Virus record (IMG/VR): IMGVR_UViG_3300009430_000004
Span: 154,089-218,088 of that record
DNA length: 64,000 bases
Strand: one strand, 5' to 3'
Part shown: piece after piece, positions 55,161 through 63,454 of the stretch
Layout: each line of letters begins with the position of its first letter
Position numbering within the stretch: position 1 is the first letter of the stretch
Notes under the pieces: model-generated
The model's database searches: none
The model's input: only the letters and a program-made list of their open reading frames with translations
Told to the model about the DNA's origin: nothing
Translations under genes and position numbers: made by a program

Positions 55161-57830
55161 ATGAAGATAAAATATTTGTTATTAAAGAATTTTGCTAGTA
55201 TTTATACAGCAATGAAGAAAAAGGTAGTAGAAATAGACTTTAAAAAGTCTAAGAACAGAGTAATCCTATTAGTAGGAGATAATGGTACTGGTAAAACATC
55301 TTTATTGAGTGCTCTTCACCCATTTGCTTATCCAGGGAATATGGATGTGCGAGATACTGGAGAATTGATTTTAGATGAGGTTGATGGGTATAAAGAGGTA
55401 CATCTTGAAGATGACGGTACACTATATGTAATAAAACATCATTACTTATATACTAAGAATGGTAGAAATGTTAAAAGTTATATATCAAAAGATGGCACAG
55501 AAATGAATCCTAATGGAAATGTGACATCATTTAAAGAAATAATTTTATCAGAACTATCTCTGGAAATTGATTTCCTCAAGTTAATTAGGCTTGGTTCTAA
55601 TGTTACTAACTTTATAGATATGAAAGCATCTGAGCGTAAGAGTTTTACTTCAGAATTATTATCTGAGGTTGATGTGTATAGTAAGCTATATAAGAAGATT
55701 AATGAGGACAGTAGAGTTTTAAAGACTATGATGAAATCAGTAACTGATAAGCTAGAGAAGTTAAAAATCCTTGATGAAAAGGATGTCATAATAGTAATAG
55801 AATTATTAGAAGATAAGTTGACTTCGTTGAAAGAAGAGAAAGATTCGTACAATAGTCAAATTTGGTCTATAAATGGTTCTATTGGTACATTAATACCTGA
55901 AGGGGTTGAATCTTTCCTATATTCAATCAGGACAGATGAAGAATCATACAATGACATGGTTAGGGAGATAAAGACAAAGCAGAATAAGATAGATAAGATA
56001 CCAATGATTATAATGGGAAGTATTGAGGAATCTATATCCTCCGTAATGACTGAAATAACTAATAATGAAAATAAGATAGCTATGAACACAAATATGATAA
56101 ACTTCTACTTCACACAGTTGAATAATCTATATACTCAGAAGGAAGAGAGAGAAAATAATCTGAAGTATATAACTTCAGATTTAGAGTATACTAAGTTAAA
56201 CGACCTATATCTCGGTTTACATCGTGAGAAAGAGAAGTTGGATAAGCACTATAAAAATTATGAGCCTAAGTGTAGCAAAGATGATATGTTGTCGGCACTT
56301 AGACTTATGCAGGAAATAGAGCAGTTTGTGTCAAACATTCATACATTTAATCATAATGCTGTAACTAATGTTGTTAATCATATGCTGAATGATGAGGATG
56401 TAAATGATAATGTTCGACGTGAGATATCTAGTATTGATGATAAGATTCAGAAGAATAACTTCGAACTAATGAAGTTAAATAACATAGTTGGCAAGAAAGA
56501 CGGAGTATATGTACTATTCAAACCAACAGACTGTAAGTCCAGTAATTGCCCATATGTTAAGTTCTATGATGACCATGTTGATGCTAAGAAAGATTCTCCT
56601 GTTGAGAAACTTACTGCTGAAATAAAGAAACTTGAGAATAAACGAGAATTCTTTGAGTCTATGTATGATATTAATAAAAATATAGACTATATACTTCTCT
56701 TAATAAAATCAAATAATAAATTAATTGAGAAGTTACCTGAAGATTTCTTCAGTATAAAAAGAATTCTTAATTCAATTAAAGATTGTATACCCTTCTTTGA
56801 TGAAGATAATATCACTAATTATATAGCGGTGCTTGAGGAGTATGAGCATTATTTATCTATCAAGGAAAAGATAAAGGACATTAAGAAGGAATTATCTTTC
56901 ATTGAGAAGAATGCCACATCTCTTGCTACAATGCAGAAAGAGCTAGATGTGTTAGATAATGATATTTATAAACTTAATAATGACATTAACTCATTAAAGA
57001 AGGTCAACGAAATGTTAAGTGTGAGAAACGATAAATTATCAGACTTGAGAGAAGTTTATGAAGATTATAAAGATGGTCTTGATGAAATAAAGGACTTGAG
57101 TGATAAGGCTTCTAAGCTATTTGACAGTTTGGTAGAGCGTAGAAAGATACAGAAAAAGATAGATGAGTATATTGTCATCAAAAAGGATTATGAACGTAAA
57201 ATCTCAGTATTGGACGTTCAAATAAAGCAAGTTGACGAAGAGATAACAAACAATAAATTCAAATTAAGAGAGTTTGAGGCTCTTAAAGAAGAAAAAGCTA
57301 TCATCGAAGAACAATTCGATGATATAGACACTATAAAAGAAGCATTGTCATCTAATAAGGGAATGCCACTACTATTCATTCAGCTATACTTAAGGAAAAC
57401 TAAAGCTATTGTTAATGAGTTATTGAGTGAGTTATTCGGTGGTGAACTGGAAATAGATGATTTTGACATAAATGATAGAGAATTTAAAATACCTTATATC
57501 AAGAATGGTATTAGAGTTTCAGATATCATATCTTGTTCACAAGGTGAGAGAAGCTTTATATCTTTGGCAATATCATTTGCTCTAGTAAAGCAATCAATAG
57601 AGCGATATAATATCATGCTCTTAGATGAGATTGACTCAACTCTCGATATGACTAATAGACCAATATTCATAAAGATATTGGAAGAACAGTTAAAAGCAAT
57701 AGGCTCTGAACAGGTATTCTTGATAACACATAACAACATGTTTGATAATTACCCTGTTGACTTAATTATGACATCAGACATTGAAATAGATAATTACAAG
57801 AATACTAATGTTATCTTCAGGGCAGCATAA
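55161..57830 (+). CDS. sbcC: SbcC/Rad50-like SMC ATPase
   Basis: GDNGTGKTS, long coiled coil with central C-x4-C, CSQGE signature, LLDEID, ITH. Confidence 0.9.
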   Translation: MKIKYLLLKNFASIYTAMKKKVVEIDFKKSKNRVILLVGDNGTGKTSLLSALHPFAYPGNMDVRDTGELILDEVDGYKEVHLEDDGTLYVIKHHYLYTKNGRNVKSYISKDGTEMNPNGNVTSFKEIILSELSLEIDFLKLIRLGSNVTNFIDMKASERKSFTSELLSEVDVYSKLYKKINEDSRVLKTMMKSVTDKLEKLKILDEKDVIIVIELLEDKLTSLKEEKDSYNSQIWSINGSIGTLIPEGVESFLYSIRTDEESYNDMVREIKTKQNKIDKIPMIIMGSIEESISSVMTEITNNENKIAMNTNMINFYFTQLNNLYTQKEERENNLKYITSDLEYTKLNDLYLGLHREKEKLDKHYKNYEPKCSKDDMLSALRLMQEIEQFVSNIHTFNHNAVTNVVNHMLNDEDVNDNVRREISSIDDKIQKNNFELMKLNNIVGKKDGVYVLFKPTDCKSSNCPYVKFYDDHVDAKKDSPVEKLTAEIKKLENKREFFESMYDINKNIDYILLLIKSNNKLIEKLPEDFFSIKRILNSIKDCIPFFDEDNITNYIAVLEEYEHYLSIKEKIKDIKKELSFIEKNATSLATMQKELDVLDNDIYKLNNDINSLKKVNEMLSVRNDKLSDLREVYEDYKDGLDEIKDLSDKASKLFDSLVERRKIQKKIDEYIVIKKDYERKISVLDVQIKQVDEEITNNKFKLREFEALKEEKAIIEEQFDDIDTIKEALSSNKGMPLLFIQLYLRKTKAIVNELLSELFGGELEIDDFDINDREFKIPYIKNGIRVSDIISCSQGERSFISLAISFALVKQSIERYNIMLLDEIDSTLDMTNRPIFIKILEEQLKAIGSEQVFLITHNNMFDNYPVDLIMTSDIEIDNYKNTNVIFRAA

Positions 57831-57861
57831 AGATAGTTAAGTATTTCTTAACTATCTTTTT
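57829..57861 (+). terminator. Intrinsic terminator
   Basis: AAAGATAGTTAAG / CTTAACTATCTTT. Confidence 0.7.
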
Positions 57862-57864
57862 GAA

Positions 57865-57883
57865 TATATATTATTATGCTGTA
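57865..57883 (+). promoter_or_regulatory. Early promoter
   Basis: TATATATTATTATGCTGTA, identical 19-mer at 20066. Confidence 0.65.
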
Positions 57884-57908
57884 GATTAATTACAATATTT
57901 ATTTAAGT

Positions 57909-58454
57909 TTGGGAGGGTTCAAAATGTTAAAAGAAAAAATGACAATGGAAGATTTAATGGCTAGGCTAAAGAAGATGGGACTTTATGCGTATAGTCACAG
58001 GGGAGAACAAAATGTTGTAACAATTGTCTATGGATACACTAATCCTGACTATGAAATAGGACAGGATACACACAATGTTTGCGGTGAAACACCATTTGAA
58101 ATCTTTGAAAAGATTACAGCATGGATTAATGACAAGAAGTTCTGGTTAGAACAAGATAAATATCTAGTTCTAGATTATGCAGAAAACCCATATAATATTG
58201 ACCTTAGTTACGAGCTTTTGAAAATGGGTTTCAAGTGTGCTGACATTGAATTAGAAGAAACTAACTTTGTAGCAGTTGATTGTAGATTCTGCTATATAAA
58301 TGAAAATAAAATATTCTGCTATGACGGAATCCTGAGATTTGATAATGTTGGTAATAAGTTCTCAACTATGGAGTACATTAAAGTATGGGTTGAGAAATTC
58401 AGCATATTCTTCCCAGGGAAGGAATTTGTACCTTGTAAAAACAAAGACATATAA
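57909..58454 (+). CDS. Hypothetical protein
   Basis: True start probably ATG 57924; early motif upstream. Confidence 0.6.
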   Translation: MGGFKMLKEKMTMEDLMARLKKMGLYAYSHRGEQNVVTIVYGYTNPDYEIGQDTHNVCGETPFEIFEKITAWINDKKFWLEQDKYLVLDYAENPYNIDLSYELLKMGFKCADIELEETNFVAVDCRFCYINENKIFCYDGILRFDNVGNKFSTMEYIKVWVEKFSIFFPGKEFVPCKNKDI

Positions 58455-58490
58455 AAATAGAGCTAGGAGAAATCCTAGCTCTATTTTTTT
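58453..58490 (+). terminator. Intrinsic terminator
   Basis: AAAATAGAGCTAGGA / TCCTAGCTCTATTTT. Confidence 0.75.
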
Positions 58491-58491
58491 A

Positions 58492-58522
58492 CGTAAAATC
58501 AAGACCAATAATTATATATTAT
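58492..58522 (+). promoter_or_regulatory. CGTA-N17-TATATATTAT promoter
   Basis: CGTA 58492-95, TATATATTAT 58513-22. Confidence 0.7.
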
Positions 58523-58541
58523 AATAGTGAGGTGATAGAAT

Positions 58542-58778
58542 ATGATAGGATTAAGAATACCAAAAACGGATCAACATATAAGACATGATAATTTTGATGA
58601 TGTCAAGGCTTATGTTGAAAAGGAATACCCAAATGTTAAATTTGATGAGCTGGACGATAATGTTAAAACAGGAATGCAAATGGAATATTATCTAACCAGT
58701 AAAATCAAGATACCTGATGGAGATGCTAGTAAGTATGTAATACCTTACTCCACAGGTATAGAAGAGGATAAAAAATAA
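58542..58778 (+). CDS. Hypothetical protein
   Basis: 78 aa, GAGGTG RBS, CGTA-class promoter. Confidence 0.6.
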   Translation: MIGLRIPKTDQHIRHDNFDDVKAYVEKEYPNVKFDELDDNVKTGMQMEYYLTSKIKIPDGDASKYVIPYSTGIEEDKK

Positions 58779-58806
58779 GGACATGGTTACCCATGCCTTA
58801 TTTTTT
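58770..58806. terminator. AATAAGG-family bidirectional terminator
   Basis: AAAAATAAGGACATGG / CCATGCCTTATTTTT. Confidence 0.7.
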
Positions 58807-58810
58807 TGTT

Positions 58811-59992
58811 TTAATCATCGTCATCTTCATCAGGAGATACTACTTCAATTACTTTGTAACTTCTTCCTCTTTCATCAGTAGCGTATCTTCCATCATCACT
58901 AAATTTAACTCTACCTATATCTTTCTTTCTTGGTAGAGGGTAGTCAAATACCTGTTGATTATTTTTATCTAATGCAACAAATTCCCAGTCTCCTGTGTCT
59001 ATCCATTTCTTAACGACAACTCTAACACCTCTATTTTCATATTCGATGTATTTACTTCCCTCTTCGCTTCTAAATGGATTTTCTACACTACTGAGTCTTT
59101 CTTCTATCAGACGGGAATATCTGTCCATTTCGATGTCAGACATACCATCATCCTTACTCTTTTCAATTTGTTCAACCAATGAATCAACTTCATCATCATC
59201 GTCATCATTATTTCTAGAACCAAACTCTTTAACAAAGTTGTTTCTTCCATACTTAAGAACATTCTTAAGATATGTAGTTGCAATCATTTCTGATGTAGCT
59301 CCACCTTGAGCGTTAGCTGCATTTGTCTTACCATCAGCCTTGATTTTAAGGTCTGCAATAGTTTTCTTAATAGATGATATTTCCTTGATAATACTAAGCT
59401 TGTTTTGCTTAGATGAAAGTATGGACATAATAAGGTCATTAACATACTTACTAACGCCCCTTGTCTTACTAGCCTCTAACCCCTCGTATTTCTTATCAAG
59501 TCTTTTACCAAACTTATTAACTTCATCAAGAAGATTGTATAAAAGAGTTAATTCTTCAGCAAACTCTTTCTTATAAGGATTTTCTTCCTTCTTAAGTTTG
59601 TCATAACTCTTTTTCTGTTCATCTATGATCCCGTCATCTATACCATCTTCACTGTCTTCTCTAAATATCTCATCTATATCAATGAGATTAGCCGCACTGG
59701 TAGCATCATAATCGTCATCATTGGAACCGTCTTCATTGGTGGATACGTTTCCAATTTCACCTGCCGACATGAACTCCAGGTCACTGAATTCCTTATTCTT
59801 CTTCTTTTTTTTCTTGTCCTTTTTCTTCTTAGATAAAGAAGATAAAGTAAATACTTCCTCTTTCTCCTCAGGCTCTTTTACCTTAGGAGGTGAAGGTATT
59901 GTACTTCTCAGAGTCTTAATCTCCGAGATAAGGCTATCTTTCTTAATAGGCATATTAATATTAATAGTGTACTGGTCGCTCATAATAAACAC
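58811..59992 (-). CDS. Late coiled-coil protein with poly-Lys and poly-Asp tracts
   Basis: 393 aa, AGGAGG RBS, late promoter 60002. Confidence 0.65.
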   Translation of the reverse strand: MFIMSDQYTININMPIKKDSLISEIKTLRSTIPSPPKVKEPEEKEEVFTLSSLSKKKKDKKKKKKNKEFSDLEFMSAGEIGNVSTNEDGSNDDDYDATSAANLIDIDEIFREDSEDGIDDGIIDEQKKSYDKLKKEENPYKKEFAEELTLLYNLLDEVNKFGKRLDKKYEGLEASKTRGVSKYVNDLIMSILSSKQNKLSIIKEISSIKKTIADLKIKADGKTNAANAQGGATSEMIATTYLKNVLKYGRNNFVKEFGSRNNDDDDDEVDSLVEQIEKSKDDGMSDIEMDRYSRLIEERLSSVENPFRSEEGSKYIEYENRGVRVVVKKWIDTGDWEFVALDKNNQQVFDYPLPRKKDIGRVKFSDDGRYATDERGRSYKVIEVVSPDEDDDD

Positions 59993-60001
59993 CTCCTTAT
60001 T

Positions 60002-60013
60002 TATTATAGTGTT
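60002..60013 (-). promoter_or_regulatory. Late promoter
   Basis: AACA CTATAA TA. Confidence 0.7.
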
Positions 60014-60046
60014 TTTCTTATACTAAATTACATAGCTAAATAAATT

Positions 60047-60114
60047 TATATATTATATAAGTGATAATAAATACCATACCAATGGTTTTTAATTTTATTC
60101 TCAACAAAAATATA
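60047..60114 (+). promoter_or_regulatory. Early (60047) and late (60103) promoters (DNA polymerase)
   Basis: TATATATTAT; AACA AAAATA TA. Confidence 0.65.
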
Positions 60115-60135
60115 ATATGAGGGGAGTGATAATTA

Positions 60136-61950
60136 ATGGAGTTTCTGAAGAATATAGATAAAGACAATATTATGCTAATAAACGTAATATATCACAATGG
60201 AAAAAAAGAAACCAGTTATAACGACTATCTCGATATAGTATATAAAGAGTTAGATACAGGTAATAAGAAAGTTGTTACAATCGAAAATCCTGAAATGGAT
60301 ATATATTTTGCAAAAGAAAATTGCCGAAACTATGACTACAATAAGTCATTTATTGAGATGAAAGATGCTGAAACACATAGATGTAAGTTTAAAGAAATGC
60401 CATTCTATATCGCCAAACAAGCAGGTGATGAGTACATTAGGTATGTAAAGAACTGCATCGAGACAAAAAATAGGGCTGGGATCAATAACATACATAAGTA
60501 TAAGTATGTATTTGGTTCAGACTATGATATTGAAAATTGGTACAGGATACAATGGTATCTTAATTATACCAACGATAAACCAAAACCGATAACTAAGCAG
60601 TTCCTAGATATAGAGGTTGACGGTATTGATGTTGAGGGGGTTCCTGTTGATGGTGTCTGCCCGATTAATGCAGTAACCATAGTGGATGAACAATCACTAT
60701 CATGTCATACGTTCTTATTAAGGAATGATAAAAATCCTCAGATACAGGAGTTTGAGGATACAATTGATGATTTTATCAATGACCTCCATGAAGCATTTGA
60801 TGATGTTTATGGTAAGTTAGATTATAGGATTTACATGTATGATGAGGATAGAGAAATAGACCTTATAAGGGATATATTTAAACTCATTAATACAATGAAA
60901 CGAGATTTCCTTATGATATGGAACATGGGGTATGATATTCCGTACATCACAGGTAGGATAATTGAGCTTGGATATGACCCAGTTGAAATCATGTGTCATA
61001 AGGATTTTAAGATAAAGGAGTTATTCTATAAGAAGGATAACTTAAACTTCAAGGTAGAGAATAAGTCAGACTACTTTAAGATATCTTCATATACCTATTT
61101 TGCAGACCAAATGTTATTATATGCAGGCTTAAGAAAAGGGCAAAGTGAGTTAAGGTCTCATGCTCTTAACTATATAGCACAGGTAGAAATAGGTGATGAA
61201 AAGCTAGACTATCATGAAGAAGCTGATATCAAAACATTACCTTATGTAAACTATAAGAAGTTTGTAATGTATAATATAAAAGACGTTCTGCTACAATTAG
61301 GTATTGAGATAAAAACTCATGATATCGACAATATATACTTAAGAGCGTATTCTAATGCAACTTCTTATTATAAGATATTTAAACAGACTGTCTTCTTAAA
61401 GAATCGTGCTTATTTAGAGTTTTATCAGCAGGGATTAGTTATTGGCAATAATGTCAATATTGATTATGGTATTTCTAGGTACGATTCTAAAGATGATGAC
61501 GATGAAGATGAAAAGTTTGACGGAGCTTTAGTTGCTGACCCAATGTTAAACTGTCACACTGGTATCGAATTATTACAGCATAAGAGTATGTTTATATTCG
61601 ATAATGTAGTAGACATGGACTTCAGCAGTATGTATCCTCATATAATTATAACATTCAATGTTGCACCTAACTGCATGATAGGTAAGTTAGTCCTCAACAA
61701 AGAAATAAAGGATATGTACAATAAGAAAGATATTGACAATGATAAGTATGATGCAGGTAAAGATTTTGTTGATAACATGCTAATTAAGAATGTTGCTAAC
61801 ATGGGAACTAAGTGGTTCAAATTACCTGATGTTGTCGAGCTAGATAGCTTGGTGCGAAATAAGTTTAAAATTCAAGACACAACTAAGATAGTTATGTCTA
61901 AAGAACAATTTAGCAAGTATTTCTTAGAAGGATTAAAAATTGTTGTTTAA
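60136..61950 (+). CDS. Family B DNA polymerase, N-terminal half (exonuclease plus motif A)
   Basis: LDIE (ExoI), WN..YDIPY (ExoII), YNIKD (ExoIII), DMDFSSMYP; no motif B or C. Confidence 0.85.
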   Translation: MEFLKNIDKDNIMLINVIYHNGKKETSYNDYLDIVYKELDTGNKKVVTIENPEMDIYFAKENCRNYDYNKSFIEMKDAETHRCKFKEMPFYIAKQAGDEYIRYVKNCIETKNRAGINNIHKYKYVFGSDYDIENWYRIQWYLNYTNDKPKPITKQFLDIEVDGIDVEGVPVDGVCPINAVTIVDEQSLSCHTFLLRNDKNPQIQEFEDTIDDFINDLHEAFDDVYGKLDYRIYMYDEDREIDLIRDIFKLINTMKRDFLMIWNMGYDIPYITGRIIELGYDPVEIMCHKDFKIKELFYKKDNLNFKVENKSDYFKISSYTYFADQMLLYAGLRKGQSELRSHALNYIAQVEIGDEKLDYHEEADIKTLPYVNYKKFVMYNIKDVLLQLGIEIKTHDIDNIYLRAYSNATSYYKIFKQTVFLKNRAYLEFYQQGLVIGNNVNIDYGISRYDSKDDDDEDEKFDGALVADPMLNCHTGIELLQHKSMFIFDNVVDMDFSSMYPHIIITFNVAPNCMIGKLVLNKEIKDMYNKKDIDNDKYDAGKDFVDNMLIKNVANMGTKWFKLPDVVELDSLVRNKFKIQDTTKIVMSKEQFSKYFLEGLKIVV

Positions 61951-61965
61951 AGGAGAGGATAAAAA

Positions 61966-62616
61966 ATGGAAGAAATATTATTTGACCTTACATCAAAGGA
62001 TGTAAAGAAATTAAATGAATTCAATCAGGTTGTTAAAAAGTATTTTAATAACTATTATTTATTTGAAGATGGAGTTGTTATAGGGGAAAGTATCCTAGAT
62101 AAGGGCTCGCACTGTTGTATCTCAACTATCATACCGATGGATAATATTCCTGAAGATTCAATTCCTTATTTTAACTCATCAGCCATATTTCAGTTGATTA
62201 AAGATAGGAAAAAGGAAATAAAAGCTGTAGTCATTAGCTATGGTAGAACATGCTTAAGACTTGCTGACGGTTTGGACTATACAATTGGTGGAATTATTAA
62301 AAAAGATGAGATTAAAAAAGAAATTAAAGATAGTTATGATTTAGCAAAAAGGATCATAGAAAAAACTGATAAAGAATCTGAGAAAATTGAGGATTCCACT
62401 ATCGACCAGTTAGTGGACAATGAAATTGTCACTTATGACAACGATGTTCATAAAGTAAGAATGACTAAAGAATTAATTCCTGCATTAAAGAAGGGATTGA
62501 ATGTTAATATTGCTTTTAATGACATAGAAGGTGATGAGACTAAATTTGAAACAATATTAATGACTGATAGGGAAGACATAAAAACTTATCATAAGTATAC
62601 TTGCATTAGATTCTAG
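61966..62616 (+). CDS. Hypothetical protein next to the polymerase gene
   Basis: 216 aa, AAGGAG RBS. Confidence 0.6.
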   Translation: MEEILFDLTSKDVKKLNEFNQVVKKYFNNYYLFEDGVVIGESILDKGSHCCISTIIPMDNIPEDSIPYFNSSAIFQLIKDRKKEIKAVVISYGRTCLRLADGLDYTIGGIIKKDEIKKEIKDSYDLAKRIIEKTDKESEKIEDSTIDQLVDNEIVTYDNDVHKVRMTKELIPALKKGLNVNIAFNDIEGDETKFETILMTDREDIKTYHKYTCIRF

Positions 62617-62645
62617 TGGCGATTTATCGCCACTTTATTTTTTTA
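62615..62645 (+). terminator. Intrinsic terminator
   Basis: AGTGGCGAT / ATCGCCACT. Confidence 0.65.
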
Positions 62646-62663
62646 TAGGAGGTAAAAAGATAG

Positions 62664-62942
62664 ATGTTTTTTAAGAAGTTAATGTCAATTAGTAAATTTA
62701 AATCCACTATAAAAGAAATAGAATCTGATAGATTCTTCTATTTTAAAGAAGAAATTATGAAGGAATTGATTCATAATAAGAAACTTGGCATTGTAAGTTT
62801 TAAAATTTACTTACCTAAGTTTATTCACGACAATCCAACCCTATATAAGGAATTTGAAGCATTCCTTAATAAGTTAGGTTATCAATTGGTTAAATATAAT
62901 ATCGGGGAATATATCGAAGAAGACCCTCGGTTAAGAAAATAA
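62664..62942 (+). CDS. Hypothetical protein
   Basis: 92 aa, AGGAGG RBS. Confidence 0.6.
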   Translation: MFFKKLMSISKFKSTIKEIESDRFFYFKEEIMKELIHNKKLGIVSFKIYLPKFIHDNPTLYKEFEAFLNKLGYQLVKYNIGEYIEEDPRLRK

Positions 62943-62946
62943 TTTT

Positions 62947-62958
62947 AACATAATTATA
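62947..62958 (+). promoter_or_regulatory. Late promoter
   Basis: AACA TAATTA TA. Confidence 0.65.
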
Positions 62959-62979
62959 AAAAAGAGGAGGGGATCGAGT

Positions 62980-63141
62980 ATGGGAGAAAAATATCCTGAA
63001 TGTCCGTATGCATTACAGTGTTGCTGTCATGTTGAAGGTTCTAATACTAAGCCCTGCGTGAGAAAAGAACAAGACAAAGCGGCTGGTAAGCCGAATTCAT
63101 TCGAACCTAAGTTCTGCACATATTCAATGAATCCCCCATAA
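62980..63141 (+). CDS. 53-aa Cys-rich late peptide (not in ORF track)
   Basis: MGEKYPECPYALQCCCHVEG..PC..FCTY; GAGGAGGGG RBS; own promoter and terminator. Confidence 0.7.
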   Translation: MGEKYPECPYALQCCCHVEGSNTKPCVRKEQDKAAGKPNSFEPKFCTYSMNPP

Positions 63142-63172
63142 GGTTTTTAACCTTATGGGTTATTTCATTTTT
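63128..63172 (+). terminator. Intrinsic terminator
   Basis: CCCATAAGG / CCTTATGGG. Confidence 0.65.
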
Positions 63173-63173
63173 A

Positions 63174-63199
63174 AACAATATATTGTGAACACAATAATA
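63174..63199 (+). promoter_or_regulatory. Two tandem late promoters for the ncRNA candidate
   Basis: AACA ATATAT TG and AACA CAATAA TA. Confidence 0.65.
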
Positions 63200-63378
63200 A
63201 GTCGGGGGATTAATATAGATTTTTAGAATTTTCCACAAATAAACCTCCTTAAAGCGTTTTGTTAATTAGTGTTTTAAAAGGCCCTTAAAATTGGTGAAAA
63301 ACTATCAATTCCTCCGACTTATTATTAACATAAAAAATAACCTATGTGTACATGAGTGTGCATATAGGTTATTTTTTT
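63185..63378 (+). ncRNA. Candidate late structured RNA (~180-190 nt) with anti-SD motif
   Basis: Two tandem AACA-N6-TR promoters, closing stem with G-U pair, own terminator, no ORF. Confidence 0.6.
63332..63378. terminator. Bidirectional terminator ending the ncRNA candidate
   Basis: AAAAAATAACCTATGTG / CATATAGGTTATTTTTT. Confidence 0.75.
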
Positions 63379-63411
63379 ATCCTTTATTTTGTAGTTATTA
63401 AAATTATCGGG

Positions 63412-63423
63412 AACAAAAATATA
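63412..63423 (+). promoter_or_regulatory. Late promoter (portal)
   Basis: AACA AAAATA TA. Confidence 0.7.
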
Positions 63424-63454
63424 AATAAATTAAGGTTAAAGAAGGTGATAGATA

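Noticed and set aside
8409-58806. Repeated palindromes as a CRISPR array or REP/IS elements
   Set aside because: Dispersed one per gene boundary, with no regular spacers, no cas genes and no transposase.
63212-63250. Minus-strand AAGGAGG-N7-GTG mini-ORF (MENSKNLY)
   Set aside because: No promoter motif found on that strand and a bidirectional terminator blocks read-in; the G-U pair favours the plus-strand RNA. Not fully excluded.
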